A DNA stretch of 64,000 bases from Victivallis vadensis (GCA_945883805.1 CAMCYE010000008.1:1240-65239); one strand, 5' to 3'; shown: positions 34,189-46,970, counted from the stretch's first letter. The notes: generated by a model from the letters alone, not told the origin. Numbers and translations: made by a program.

Positions 34189-34573
34189 ACTCTTTTAATT
34201 AAAAATGCCTAAACATCCAACTTTGAAATTCCTATACGTAAATTAGGCGACCACCCCAGTCATCCCAGTCATCCGACGGGACAAGTCCGACCATGATATC
34301 CATCATGGCTAACGGGGCAAGAAGGGGCGCAACGTCAGTCGTCAGATGTCAGTCACTGGCTTTTAGGCGTAAACCGCTCCAGTCTCTTCGCGCCCTTCGT
34401 GGTGGAACCGGAGATTTGACTTATAGCGGTGGAAACGCCCATATTGGAAACTTTTTCAAATTACGCTCGAAATTTCACCCAACCGGCTTATATTAGGAGC
34501 CTTTTCGGAATTTTCATTTGAATCAATCAAAAATAAATTTATAAATTTTACGAGTCTACGAGGAAAATTTATC

Positions 34574-35338
34574 ATGAAACAGAGAAAACTCTTTATTGCC
34601 GGCAATTGGAAAATGAACAAGACAGCCACAGAGGCTGTTCAGATGGTATCAGCTTTAGTCAAGAAAGTCGAAGGACTTTCCGATAAGATAAACATGGCCG
34701 TGTGCCCTCCGTTCACCGCACTCGACAGGATTTCCTCCATTCTCAAGGGGTCAGGAATCGCACTTGGAGCCCAGAACCTTTCCGACAAGGCGTCCGGCGC
34801 ATACACTGGGGAAGTTTCAGCGGCAATGCTTCTTGAGCTCGGGGTGAAATACGTCATCATCGGACACAGCGAACGTCGCCAATACTACGGTGAAACAGAC
34901 GAAATCGTCAGCAAAAAAGCGAAATTCGCACTTAATGCAGGACTTCTTCCGATTGTCTGTGTAGGGGAAACGCTCCAGGAACGCGAAGGGAATAAGACCT
35001 CCAACGTGATCACGACTCAGCTGAAAGGCAGTCTTTCAGGGATTACCTCCGATGAAATGCTTAAAACGACAATCGCCTACGAACCCGTATGGGCAATTGG
35101 AACCGGAAAAACTGCTTCCCCGGATCAGGCGCAGGAAGTTCATGCTTTGATAAGGAAACTGCTGACAGATCTTTTTGGAAAAGCAGTTGCAGAGAAAATC
35201 ATCATACAGTATGGTGGCTCCGTTAAGGCCGACAATGCCAAGGAACTTATGGCGAAAGAGGATATTGACGGTGCGCTGGTCGGTGGCGCAAGTCTTGACG
35301 CCGAAGGATTTTCAGCACTTATAAAGAACGCAATTTAA
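34574..35338 (+). CDS. tpiA: triose-phosphate isomerase
   Basis: FIAGNWKMNKT, IIGHSERR, AYEPVWAIGTG and YGGSV motifs. Confidence 0.95.
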   Translation: MKQRKLFIAGNWKMNKTATEAVQMVSALVKKVEGLSDKINMAVCPPFTALDRISSILKGSGIALGAQNLSDKASGAYTGEVSAAMLLELGVKYVIIGHSERRQYYGETDEIVSKKAKFALNAGLLPIVCVGETLQEREGNKTSNVITTQLKGSLSGITSDEMLKTTIAYEPVWAIGTGKTASPDQAQEVHALIRKLLTDLFGKAVAEKIIIQYGGSVKADNAKELMAKEDIDGALVGGASLDAEGFSALIKNAI

Positions 35339-35415
35339 GGAACGCCGGCAACTTGCCGGCTAAATTAATATAGATGTGGCAATTACAAAATTGCCTTTTT
35401 GAGCTGATTTCAAAA

Positions 35416-35485
35416 GTTGGAGTTCACGGCTTTAGCGTGTCTAACCTGTTGAATACGAAGACACACTAAAGTTGTGAACTCCAAC
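35416..35485. repeat. palindromic copy of the repeat-family flank modules (GTTGGAGTTCACGGC-TTTAGCGTGTCT and its inverse)
   Basis: 27-nt arms with a 16-nt loop. It is nested in an outer inverted repeat: gagctgatttcaaaa (35401-35415) and ttttgaaatcagctc (35519-35533). Confidence 0.7.
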
Positions 35486-35653
35486 AAGAGATATTCCCGT
35501 GACAACGGTTTTCTCGCATTTTGAAATCAGCTCAGATGTCAGCAAGTTGCTGGCGATCCAACAGGATCGGCTATGGCAAATCGCAGATTGTAAATGTTAA
35601 ACTTAGCGCCTTAGAGCCTATGTGCCTATGCGCCCAATAAATCAGAGGTCCCA

Positions 35654-36046
35654 ATGAATATTTTAGTTTCAGTTCTCACTGTGGCAGATGTAATCATAGC
35701 GTTGCTTCTCATTTGCCTGATACTTGTCCAGCAGTCGAAAGACAGCGGTTTCGGAAGTGCTTTCGGCGGCTTGGGCGAATCTGTTTTCGGAGCTCAGACA
35801 GGAGGCCATCTGGCGAGACTCACGGTTATTTTTGCGTCGCTTTTCCTGATCATCACACTCTCACTTGCAATAATGACAGGCCACAGGAAAGCCCCGAGGA
35901 GCGTCGTCGAACTTGAGGCAAAAACTGAAGCCAAAGCTTCTGTTCCCGCTAAGGACGTGAAAGAAAATGCCCCGTCAGCTCAAGTTGATAAAATTGCCGA
36001 ACCGGTTCCTGAAAAATCCAAAACGATTCCCTTGGCAACAGAATAA
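35654..36046 (+). CDS. secG: preprotein translocase subunit SecG (with extended C-terminal tail)
   Basis: N-terminal TM followed by LVQQSKDSGFGSAFGG and a second TM; downstream of tpiA, as in many bacteria. Confidence 0.8.
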   Translation: MNILVSVLTVADVIIALLLICLILVQQSKDSGFGSAFGGLGESVFGAQTGGHLARLTVIFASLFLIITLSLAIMTGHRKAPRSVVELEAKTEAKASVPAKDVKENAPSAQVDKIAEPVPEKSKTIPLATE

Positions 36047-36048
36047 AA

Positions 36049-37050
36049 ATGTTCTCCGCAGTCTTTTACGAGGCCTTCGAAGAAGAGGAGAAAATCCTCA
36101 GAAAAGTCCTGCCAAAAGAGTTTAAATACCTTTTCACCTGGAAAACAATCCAGGAAAGCGGGCACAAATCTCCACCTGCCAAAGTCATCAGCACAAGGAC
36201 CCAGTCAAAATTCCCCATAGAATGGGCTGACAGTCTCAATGCAATCATCACACGTTCAACTGGTTACGACCATGTTTCAGAATATCTAACCCAAACAGGC
36301 GCCCGCATTTCCGCAGCCTATCTGCCCGAATACGCAGCCCGTCCGGTTGCCGAACAGGCGTTGATGATGTGGACCGCCCTTCTCCGAAATTTAACTGTCC
36401 AGAGAAAATCATTTGAAACTTTTCACCGTGACGGTCTCACAGGCCGCGAAATCCGCAACCGCAGAATCACCGTGATCGGCGTCGGACATATCGGCGGGGA
36501 GATAGTTGATATAGCGCATAGTCTCAAAATGAAGATTCTTGGCGTCGACATCAAACCAAGAGCTGAAATGAAAAAACAGTACGGCCTTAAATACGTGTCT
36601 CTAAAAGAAGGCCTTAAAAATGCGGATATCGCAATCTGCGCCCTGCCCCTCACCGGAATCACCCGAGGATTGCTCAATTATAAAATCCTCAAGGTGATGC
36701 CCGGGAATTCCATTTTCATAAATGTCGGGCGCGGCGAAGTTTCGCCGACACAGGATTTGCTGAAACTCCTCAACGAAGGAATTCTCGGCGGAATCGGACT
36801 CGATGTCTATGACTTTGAAAAAGAACTTGCCTCTGTTCTCAGAGGCGGGAAAAAACTGTCGGATTTAAAACCTGGGGCCCGTGAAAGCGTGGCGGCAGTT
36901 CTAAAGCTAATGAGGGATCCAAAAGTAATTCTGACTCCGCACAATGCATTCAATACCGAGGAATCGGTTGAAAGGAAATCCCTGAGAACAGCCGAAAATC
37001 TCGCCTCCTACCTGAAAACCGGCAAGTTCCTCACGCCAATTAAAGTTTGA
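36049..37050 (+). CDS. D-isomer-specific 2-hydroxyacid dehydrogenase family protein
   Basis: VIGVGHIGGEIV NAD-binding motif, ...NVGRGEV..., and PHNAFNT (catalytic His region). Confidence 0.85.
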   Translation: MFSAVFYEAFEEEEKILRKVLPKEFKYLFTWKTIQESGHKSPPAKVISTRTQSKFPIEWADSLNAIITRSTGYDHVSEYLTQTGARISAAYLPEYAARPVAEQALMMWTALLRNLTVQRKSFETFHRDGLTGREIRNRRITVIGVGHIGGEIVDIAHSLKMKILGVDIKPRAEMKKQYGLKYVSLKEGLKNADIAICALPLTGITRGLLNYKILKVMPGNSIFINVGRGEVSPTQDLLKLLNEGILGGIGLDVYDFEKELASVLRGGKKLSDLKPGARESVAAVLKLMRDPKVILTPHNAFNTEESVERKSLRTAENLASYLKTGKFLTPIKV

Positions 37051-37097
37051 CTTCCTTTACTGTTATAGCCTACTGAACCGATTGACTTGCAAATAAA

Positions 37098-37294
37098 TTT
37101 CCACTTCAAACTTTCATCTCGGATTCAAAGGAAAATGACCACAACCTGAACATTCCAAGATATGTCGACACCTTTGAGCCGGAGCCGGAAGTGGATATCC
37201 CCGCCGTCCAGAAGGAAATCGAGAGGATTGAGTCCGAACTGGCGGAGACTAGAAAAAAGATGAACCCTACTTAAAGGAATTGAAGTTAATATAG
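37098..37294 (+). pseudogene. hsdM: C-terminal remnant of a type I restriction-modification methyltransferase (HsdM), with a frameshift
   Basis: ...ENDHNLNIPRYVDTFEPEPEVDIPAVQKEIERIESELAETRKKMNP is the typical HsdM tail (NLNIxRYVD). A 1-nt loss at ~37267 moves the ending YLKELKLI* out of frame. No N-terminal part is present. Confidence 0.7.
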
Positions 37295-37339
37295 TATCAG
37301 TAATGCTTGAATCAAGGTACAGTAATGCTATATTGACTT

Positions 37340-37951
37340 ATGAAAAAAGATCTTGACAAGACTAGAGTGGAGGAGGCATTGAAGCTCCTCGGTGAGCTTA
37401 TAGAAAGCCGCCGTATCGGGCCGTTCAGCCTGATAGTCTGTGGCGGCACAGCTCTGCTTGTCTCCGGACTCCGCGCCGAAGCAACCAAGGATGTGGACAT
37501 ATTGGCATATATGGGAAAGAAGGGTGAAATCATGGCTGCGGATACCATTCCGGAAGACCTTCAAAAGGCAGCCTGGGGCGTCTCTGCTCAAATGGGCCTG
37601 GATCCCCATTGGCTGAATGCAGGACCAAGCTCAATTGTAAATCCAAAACTGCCAAATCTCGGACTTCCTGACGGATTCATATCGAGACTTTCAGAAAAGA
37701 GTTATGGCCGGATGCTCAAGGTCTTCTTTATAGGCAGACTCGATCAGATATATTTCAAGCTTTATGCATCTGTAGATCGAGGAGGCCCGACATACCATCT
37801 TGACGACCTGATGCGGCTCAATCCAACTCATGAGGAACTGCTTGACGCCTCGAGATGGTCCATGTCCCAGGATCCCTCTCCGAGTTATCTCCAGACATTG
37901 ATACAAATGCTAAAGGCAATAAACCATGGAACAGTCGCTGAAAAATTATAG
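37340..37951 (+). CDS. nucleotidyltransferase-fold protein (AbiEii/DUF6036-like)
   Basis: SLIVCGGTALLVSGLRAEATKDVDILAY (GGTAL ... DxD NTase signature) and a later KLYASVDRGGPTYHLDDL. Confidence 0.55.
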   Translation: MKKDLDKTRVEEALKLLGELIESRRIGPFSLIVCGGTALLVSGLRAEATKDVDILAYMGKKGEIMAADTIPEDLQKAAWGVSAQMGLDPHWLNAGPSSIVNPKLPNLGLPDGFISRLSEKSYGRMLKVFFIGRLDQIYFKLYASVDRGGPTYHLDDLMRLNPTHEELLDASRWSMSQDPSPSYLQTLIQMLKAINHGTVAEKL

Positions 37952-38942
37952 GGAAGAACTTTCCGACATCCTACTGCGCCTTCTTTGGCGGCAGTGGTGC
38001 ACGTTCGGTGTCTCTGGAAATACCGAACCTTCTAAAGGGCCGATTGTTGATCCCGAAGCGCTTCTGCTGCTCACATGCTCGGTCGGCAGATCCGATCCGC
38101 GTCTTTTCGACGAGATGATGGATTGGCTTTCATTGAATTGGGAGCTTGTAAACATAAGCCGAATCAATTTCATGCTGAAAAAGCGCCAATGGCAGGGGGG
38201 TGAAGCTCTAGGGGCGCTCTCAAACTGGATGACCAAGAACATGGGCGGAAAAACAAAATGGGCAAGCCTGACAGGAAAAGCAGAGCCGCGCAACGATATG
38301 GTCTCTTTCTTCATTGACCTTAATGGCGCCGAAATGGCGAAGTTCGGAAATCCCGAACCTTCTTTTGCTGAATATGGTTTCTTCCGCGGGGAAGTGAAGC
38401 TTCGCAAACACACACAGGATTTCCGTCCGGACAACCCTTCAAACCTTCTGCCCGCCCTCCGATCGTTTTTCGGGACAAATGTCAGGGCTGAAATCGTGGC
38501 GTATCTGCTGACTCATCCGAACGGTGGTCATCCGTCACTTGTCGCCCGGGAGATTGGCTATTACCAGAAGACCGCGCATCAGGCGCTGGTCGCCATGGGG
38601 CGGTCCGGACTTCTTGAATGCCGGGACACCGGACGTGAAAAGATATTCAGGCTCAATCGCGACTTATCTGATACTTTCCTTAGTGGAATAAAAGGAGAGC
38701 CGACATGGATACAGTGGCCTCCAATCTGCTTTCTCCTGGAAAGAGTCTGGTATAAAATGCTTGACAAGGATTTTCTGGCGCTATCTCCGCAGGTTCAGTC
38801 AATCGAGCTGAGGGAGGCCTTGAGCCCTCTTTCTAAGGAAATCAGTCATCCGGCTTTCGCAAAACTGTTCTCCGGACATCCCAAAGGAGACGGCTACATC
38901 CATGAACTCGTCAGCGGAATCAGGGATCTCGTTAGAGGTTAG
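37926..38942 (+). CDS. winged-helix (MarR/ArsR-like) domain protein, partner of the NTase
   Basis: 26-nt overlap with the upstream gene. VAYLLTHPNGGHPSLVAREIGYYQKTAHQALVAMGRSGLLECRDTGREKIFRLN looks like a wHTH. Confidence 0.5.
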   Translation: MEQSLKNYREELSDILLRLLWRQWCTFGVSGNTEPSKGPIVDPEALLLLTCSVGRSDPRLFDEMMDWLSLNWELVNISRINFMLKKRQWQGGEALGALSNWMTKNMGGKTKWASLTGKAEPRNDMVSFFIDLNGAEMAKFGNPEPSFAEYGFFRGEVKLRKHTQDFRPDNPSNLLPALRSFFGTNVRAEIVAYLLTHPNGGHPSLVAREIGYYQKTAHQALVAMGRSGLLECRDTGREKIFRLNRDLSDTFLSGIKGEPTWIQWPPICFLLERVWYKMLDKDFLALSPQVQSIELREALSPLSKEISHPAFAKLFSGHPKGDGYIHELVSGIRDLVRG

Positions 38943-39553
38943 CATTGCAAATAATGCTGAAGACGGCAAGGATTTTTAAATATTATCAGGGAGGATTCAG
39001 TTATTCGGAATTTCCGAACTACTGCCGCCGATGGCAAAAATGGCATTTAGAAAGGATGGGGTTCAATCCTGATTTTAATTATGGCGAATTCGCCATGGAT
39101 TCCAAGCCGAAGGCGGAGAAATGAGATTTTATAAAAAAAGACAAAATTGATACTGGAAATGAATCTAAGCGGTTTGATATTACTTGCATCACACCCGCCG
39201 CGCCTCTGTTCCGCATGCGTAATTCGGCGGGTTTTTTCTTTTCATGCAAGAAAACACAGGGCCAATAATAATGAATAGCATCATGAACCAAACCATAAGA
39301 GGTTTTGATTTTAAACCCATCGAATTCGAGAGGTTTAGAATCAACGCCGAATTCATCCGTATGGGGTTGCCCCAGCCTGACCACTTGGTCCGGATATCTT
39401 TGAAAAAATTGTTGCTGCCTGGTATAGAAAAGTTGGCTACAAAGTTAATCTAACCCAAAAATAATTCCATGATAAATTCTACCGAAGAATGCAAGTGAGG
39501 GAAATATTTTTTTTAAAAATCTGTACGTTACAGATGTGGGGAAAAGGATCTCT

Positions 39554-40066
39554 ATGAAAATTTTCAGATGTACAAAAAAACTATTGAAGGAAGCTGGGAT
39601 TGTTGTTCCGGATCTGGAAATTTGTCCTTCGTCCTGGCTGGAATCGTGGCACGCAAACCTTGTTATTATTGATCGAAGCAAGTGTTTATTGGTTACCAAT
39701 GACGAATCCTTTTACACATTGTTCATTCCGGGACTTAAAAAGTCGGATTTCAAACAACTCAAGCTCATAATCAATGAGCATTTATTCAGAAGCATGGTAT
39801 ATGACGGCCTTTCCCAAACGTTAATTGAAAAGGTTCTGGCAGTTGGAGATGATCTTGTTTTTTCCACTACCAATAACCGAAGCGTACTTGGAACGATGAA
39901 CGACATGAAATTTGCTCTCGAACATATAGTTTATGCCAATGGCGGCATGAAATACTGCAAACCTTTAGAGTTTCAGCACACAATTAACAGTATGATGCCG
40001 TTGGGGCCATTAAAATACGGGATCTCCCTCGAAGTTTTTAAAAAGAAATTAATGGACTTGAATTGA
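39554..40066 (+). CDS. hypothetical protein (conserved DUF-like)
   Basis: 170-aa ORF starting at ATG 39554, 7 nt after AAAAGGA. ...WHANLVIIDRSKCLLVTNDESFYTLFIPGLKK... No function recognised. Confidence 0.5.
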   Translation: MKIFRCTKKLLKEAGIVVPDLEICPSSWLESWHANLVIIDRSKCLLVTNDESFYTLFIPGLKKSDFKQLKLIINEHLFRSMVYDGLSQTLIEKVLAVGDDLVFSTTNNRSVLGTMNDMKFALEHIVYANGGMKYCKPLEFQHTINSMMPLGPLKYGISLEVFKKKLMDLN

Positions 40067-40174
40067 AAAGGCATATATGTATTTGAAGCTTCTTCCTTTA
40101 ATCTTAAAATGTGTTATCTTATCGGGATTAGAGTTTCCATTAGTGAAAAATCAGAATAAAGAGGCGGGGTTCTC

Positions 40175-41242
40175 ATGCTTAATGAACTCAGGAAAGAAAT
40201 AGACGATATTGATGCGAAAATAATAAAGATGATCAATGAACGCTACAGGCATGTCATTGAAATCGGGCGTCTGAAGAAAAAAACGTCCCACGAGATATAT
40301 GTGCCGGAACGCGAAAAATCCCTGATTGACAGGCTCGATAAGATTAACAAGGGTCCGATGACGCCCCAGGCGCTGAGGGCAATCTACAGGGAAATAATGT
40401 CCGGCGCAATCTCCCTCGAAAAACCCCTGAGAATCGGTTTTTTCGGACCCGAGGCCTCTTTCACGCATCTCGCCGCGCTCAGCAAATTCGGGCACTGTGC
40501 CAGCTATGTGGCGAAAGCCAGCATATCAGATGTATTCAACGATGTTGAGGCCGAACGCATAGACTACGGCGTTGTCCCGATTGAAAATTCTACGGAGGGC
40601 GCCATCAACCACACCCTTGACATGCTTATCAATTCAACTGTCAAGATATGCTCCGAAATCAACATGCGGATCCACCATAACCTCCTTTCAAAAAGCGGAA
40701 TGAAGAATATAAAGAAGGTTTACAGTCATGCGCAGGTTCTAGGACAATGCAGAAGCTGGCTCCAGGAACATCTGCCCGGCGTTGAGATTGTTGAATCTTC
40801 AAGTTCCACAAAGGCTTCCAAAATAGCGGCTGAAGAGAAATATTCCGCATCAATTTCAAGTTCGCTAGCCGCTGAACTGTACAAGCTGAACGTCGTAGCG
40901 GACAATATTGAGGACAATGCCGACAACACCACCCGGTTCATGGTGATAGGACAACAGGAGCCGCGGCCCACTGGGGATGACAAGACTTCAATCTGTTTCG
41001 CAATCCGCGACAGGGTGGGAGCCCTCTATGATTCCCTCCTGCCTTTCAAAGACGAGAAAATCACCCTGACTATGATTGAGAGCCGCCCGTCGAAACGCAA
41101 AAACTGGGAATATTATTTCTTCCTGGATTTCCTCGGCCATGTAGAAGATCCGGCTCCGCAGAGAACTCTGGAAAAACTGAAAGAAATGTGCCAGTTTGTC
41201 CGGATACTGGGAAGTTATCCGAGATCGAAAGACATGTTATAA
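40175..41242 (+). CDS. pheA: bifunctional chorismate mutase / prephenate dehydratase (P-protein)
   Basis: N-terminal CM helix (LRKEIDDIDAKIIKMINERY), PDT domain (GPEASFTH..., IENSTEGAI, NTTRFMVIG) and a C-terminal ACT region. Confidence 0.9.
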   Translation: MLNELRKEIDDIDAKIIKMINERYRHVIEIGRLKKKTSHEIYVPEREKSLIDRLDKINKGPMTPQALRAIYREIMSGAISLEKPLRIGFFGPEASFTHLAALSKFGHCASYVAKASISDVFNDVEAERIDYGVVPIENSTEGAINHTLDMLINSTVKICSEINMRIHHNLLSKSGMKNIKKVYSHAQVLGQCRSWLQEHLPGVEIVESSSSTKASKIAAEEKYSASISSSLAAELYKLNVVADNIEDNADNTTRFMVIGQQEPRPTGDDKTSICFAIRDRVGALYDSLLPFKDEKITLTMIESRPSKRKNWEYYFFLDFLGHVEDPAPQRTLEKLKEMCQFVRILGSYPRSKDML

Positions 41243-41264
41243 ATATTTCCGAAAACGGAAATAT

Positions 41265-42764
41265 TTACTCCGTGTAATAGTTGGGAGCTTCTTTCAGAAT
41301 CTTCACATCGTGCGGATGAGCCTCTCTAAGTCCTGCACCGGTTATCCTGATAAAACTGGCTTTTTCCTGGAATTCTGGAATTGTCTTTTCCCCGCAATAA
41401 CCAAGGGCGTAACGCAGGCCTCCGGCATATTGGTGAATCACGTCTTTGACCTCGCCGCGGAATAGGACAAGCCCTTCAATTCCCTGGGGAACAAGCTGAT
41501 TTTCACTGTCAACTTCAGACTGTCCATAGCGTTCCCGGCTTCCCTTGCCTTTTTTCATCGCCTCCAGACTTCCCATCCCCCTGTAAACCACATACATCCT
41601 GCCTTGATGCCATGTTTTCTCTCCGGGACTTTCATTCGTTCCGGCAAGACCGGATCCCATCATTACGGTTGAAGCGCCGATTGCAATGGCCTTGGCCACA
41701 TCCCCTGACTGCTTTATACCGCCGTCGGCGATGATTGGAATTTCTTTGCCTACAGCTTTGCTGACATTGTAAATGGCGGTCAGCTGCGGGATTCCAACTC
41801 CGGTAACCACGCGGGTTGTGCATATCGATCCGGGGCCGATCCCGACTTTCACGGCGTCGGCTCCTGCGTCCATGAGGGCCTTGGCCGCCTCTCCAGTCGC
41901 GATATTGCCGGCGATGATGTCGACTTTGTCCCCAAAGCGTTTCTTGAACATCTTCACTGTTTCAACAACTCCCTTTGAATGTCCGTGGGCGGTGTCAATG
42001 ACAATTACATCCACACGGGCTTTCACGAGCGCTTCCGCCCTGGCTTCGTCGTACGGGCCGATGGCCGCCGCAACCCTCAGCCTGTGCTCCCTGTCCCGGT
42101 TATAGATCGGAGTTGTGTTTTCAATCAGCTCCTTCACATCATGAAAGCTGTAAAGCCCTGTAAGTTTGCCCGCCTCGTCAACAATCGGAAGTTTTCCGAT
42201 GTTGTTTTTAATCATCACCTTGAATGCCTGATCCAGAGTTGTATGCGCCGGGGCTGAAATCAGGTTTTTCGCCATCACGTCACTGAGCTTGACATTGTAA
42301 TCCGTGAGGAATTTAATGTCGCGCGAAGAAATTATTCCGACAAGCCTCCCGTCTTTCTCGACAATCGGAAATCCGGAAAAGGTATATTTCATTTTCTGTT
42401 TTATGGCCAGGATTTGGGCGACAGTCTGATCCCGATGGAAGCAAACCGGTTCTTCGATGAGGCCGTGAAGATATGATTTCACTTTCCTGACCTCGTCAGC
42501 CTGCCGTTTCACATCAAGATTCTTATGGATGACACCTATTCCGCCGAGGGTCGCCATCGCTATCGCCATCTTGCCTTCGGTTACAGTGTCCATGGCCGCG
42601 CTGACGAACGGAATATTCAGATTTATATTCCTTGAAAGCCTGGTGGATATGTCGGTATCGGCGGGAAGAAAGTCGGCGTATCTGGTTACAAGCGAGACAT
42701 CATCGAAGGTCAACCCCTCCTGCGGAAATGATTTCATGAAATTATCCAAGTATTTGTTTATCAT
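41265..42764 (-). CDS. guaB: IMP dehydrogenase
   Basis: [17 protein letters not shown], tandem CBS region, [11 protein letters not shown] catalytic loop, and [12 protein letters not shown]. Confidence 0.95.
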   Translation of the reverse strand: MINKYLDNFMKSFPQEGLTFDDVSLVTRYADFLPADTDISTRLSRNINLNIPFVSAAMDTVTEGKMAIAMATLGGIGVIHKNLDVKRQADEVRKVKSYLHGLIEEPVCFHRDQTVAQILAIKQKMKYTFSGFPIVEKDGRLVGIISSRDIKFLTDYNVKLSDVMAKNLISAPAHTTLDQAFKVMIKNNIGKLPIVDEAGKLTGLYSFHDVKELIENTTPIYNRDREHRLRVAAAIGPYDEARAEALVKARVDVIVIDTAHGHSKGVVETVKMFKKRFGDKVDIIAGNIATGEAAKALMDAGADAVKVGIGPGSICTTRVVTGVGIPQLTAIYNVSKAVGKEIPIIADGGIKQSGDVAKAIAIGASTVMMGSGLAGTNESPGEKTWHQGRMYVVYRGMGSLEAMKKGKGSRERYGQSEVDSENQLVPQGIEGLVLFRGEVKDVIHQYAGGLRYALGYCGEKTIPEFQEKASFIRITGAGLREAHPHDVKILKEAPNYYTE

Positions 42765-42941
42765 AAGGCGGACTCCATTGTTACATCCATTTTCTAACGT
42801 TTAGCGGCGTAAGATACAGTATTTAGTTTCCTAATGCAAAAAAAAAATCACGATTAGCCGAAATCTTCCGTTTTTCCATTAGTTTTCAGAGCATTTCATG
42901 CTATTGTTGCCAGTTCAAATCCCACAGCATAAAAGATTTAA

Positions 42942-45464
<2,523 letters not shown>

Positions 45465-45585
45465 ACCGAAAAATCTGAATATCCAATATCCAATCCGCCA
45501 CGGCGGAAATTTCCAATGCTAAAGTTTTTTGGAAAGTTATCAGTCATCAGTCATCAGTTATTGGTTATTGGTAAGAGGAAATTAA

Positions 45586-45648
45586 GTTGGAGTTCACAGC
45601 CTTGGTCGCCGTAGGCGCTGCCAAAGGCAGGTAAACTTTAGCGTGTCT
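45586..45648 (+). repeat. composite intergenic repeat, homologous to 23166-23247
   Basis: gttggagttcacagccttggtCGCCgtaGGCGCTGCCaaaGGCAGgtaaactttagcgtgtct. It is preceded by a gtcatcag-type periodic tract, as at 23105-23140. Confidence 0.75.
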
Positions 45649-45839
45649 TTATTCTTTATTGGCTTTTTAGAATCTGAATTCCAATGGAAATTGGAAATTG
45701 AGTGCTGTGCCTGGCGTAGCTGCGCGAAGACTGGTCGGATATTGGGTGTTCATAAATTTTGTAATTCCCCAGCATCAGGGATGCACAACGTTAAAACAAG
45801 TAACGGTGGGGAATGGTAAGTTTAAAGGAAAATCAAATA

Positions 45840-46652
45840 ATGAAAAATAAAAATAAAGTAAAGGCTCTTGTAATTACCGGATTCGGACTGAACTGCGAAG
45901 CTGAAACTTCCGCGGCCTTCCGTGTCTGCGGAGCCACGCCCGAGCAGGTACACCTTAACGATCTTCTCAACGGAAGCCGCAGCCTTGATGAATTCCACAT
46001 ACTCGTTTTCATCGGCGGCTTTTCGTTCGGCGACCACCTAGGCGCAGGAACCATTTTCGCAAACAGGATAAAATTCCGCATGCGCAAACAGCTTGAAAAG
46101 TTTGTCGCAGACGGAAAACTCGTAATCGGCATCTGCAACGGGTTCCAGACACTCACCCGCCTAGGACTTGTTCCGGCGCTGGACGGCAAATATTTCACAC
46201 AGCAGGCCGCCCTCGCCCACAATGACAGCGGAACCTTCCGAGATGACTGGATACACGTTAAGGCAAATCCGAAATGCAATTGCGTTTTCACGAAGGGGAT
46301 TGACCGTGTTTTCCTGCCGATCCGTCACGGCGAAGGCAAGTTTGCGGCGGATGAAGATGTTCTGAAAAAAATCGAAAAGGAAAACCTTGTCGCGCTCCGT
46401 TACTGCGATCCGGACGGGAATGTGAAATGCGGATTTCCGCACAATCCAAACGGCTCCCTCAACAGCATAGCCGGAATATGTGACACGACAGGAAGGATTT
46501 TCGGTCTCATGCCCCACCCCGAAGCACATCTTTCTCCTTTCAATTCCCCCTGCTGGACAACGGAAAAGATCGAAGGCAAACTTCCAAAAGAAGGACAAGG
46601 CGTAGTATTTTTCAGGAACGCAGTAGATTTTGCGGCGGGAAACCTGATATAG
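45840..46652 (+). CDS. purQ: phosphoribosylformylglycinamidine synthase glutamine-amidotransferase subunit (PurQ-like, long form)
   Basis: GICNGFQ (nucleophile Cys), LMPHPEA (His/Glu), FIGGFSFGD. Start at ATG 45840 (MKNKNKVKALVITG). Confidence 0.8.
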   Translation: MKNKNKVKALVITGFGLNCEAETSAAFRVCGATPEQVHLNDLLNGSRSLDEFHILVFIGGFSFGDHLGAGTIFANRIKFRMRKQLEKFVADGKLVIGICNGFQTLTRLGLVPALDGKYFTQQAALAHNDSGTFRDDWIHVKANPKCNCVFTKGIDRVFLPIRHGEGKFAADEDVLKKIEKENLVALRYCDPDGNVKCGFPHNPNGSLNSIAGICDTTGRIFGLMPHPEAHLSPFNSPCWTTEKIEGKLPKEGQGVVFFRNAVDFAAGNLI

Positions 46653-46970
46653 TTAACTGCCACATACAACCTTATTAGCTCCACTCACCAACACCGCATG
46701 TTCTCCCTCGATGTTGTGACGGAAATTTTCAGGGATCTCGTCCCAAACATGGAGATCCACGATGAAAGGAATGTTTCTCTCCGCGATTACGTCTTTGAGT
46801 TCTGACACGATAGTTTTTTGTTCAGGAGAGGTGAAAACTACGAGATCCAGATCGGAATTAGGGCGAGCAGTCCATTTCAGGCGGGAACCAAAGGCCCATA
46901 CCGCGACACCGGGGATGAAACGGTGCAAAAAGAGCCAAAAGTAATTTCCTCTGCTCAGTAGTAATGTCAT
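46653..46970 (-). CDS. minimal nucleotidyltransferase (MNT-type, HEPN/MNT toxin-antitoxin family), orphan
   Basis: FGSRLKWTARPNSDLDLVVF (GS...DxD). No HEPN ORF on either side. The N-terminus is atypical and possibly degraded. Confidence 0.65.
   Translation of the reverse strand: MTLLLSRGNYFWLFLHRFIPGVAVWAFGSRLKWTARPNSDLDLVVFTSPEQKTIVSELKDVIAERNIPFIVDLHVWDEIPENFRHNIEGEHAVLVSGANKVVCGS

Noticed and set aside
39053-39070. T-loop-like AGGAT-GGGGTTCA-ATCCT as a tRNA gene.
   Set aside because: The loop is 8 nt, and there is no acceptor, anticodon or D-arm around it.
39193-39240. A terminator-like hairpin (ACCCGCCG...CGGCGGGT followed by a T-run) as the end of an sRNA gene.
   Set aside because: The 24-nt loop is long and no promoter or conserved upstream structure could be identified. 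I noted it only as a possibility.
39079-39453. ORFs 39079-39384 (minus) and 39244-39453 (plus).
   Set aside because: They overlap each other in a palindrome-rich spacer, with no RBS and no motifs.
45541-45575. Short periodic tracts (gtcatcagtcatcag; also 23105-23140, 30205-30250 and 34262-34350) as CRISPR arrays.
   Set aside because: The period is 7-8 nt with no spacers. They are modules of the intergenic repeat family.
45650-45839. A ZTP/purine-type riboswitch upstream of purQ.
   Set aside because: Only loose resemblance (GACTGGTCGGA). The conserved 3' CCGCCTGGGCA-type element is absent or misordered.
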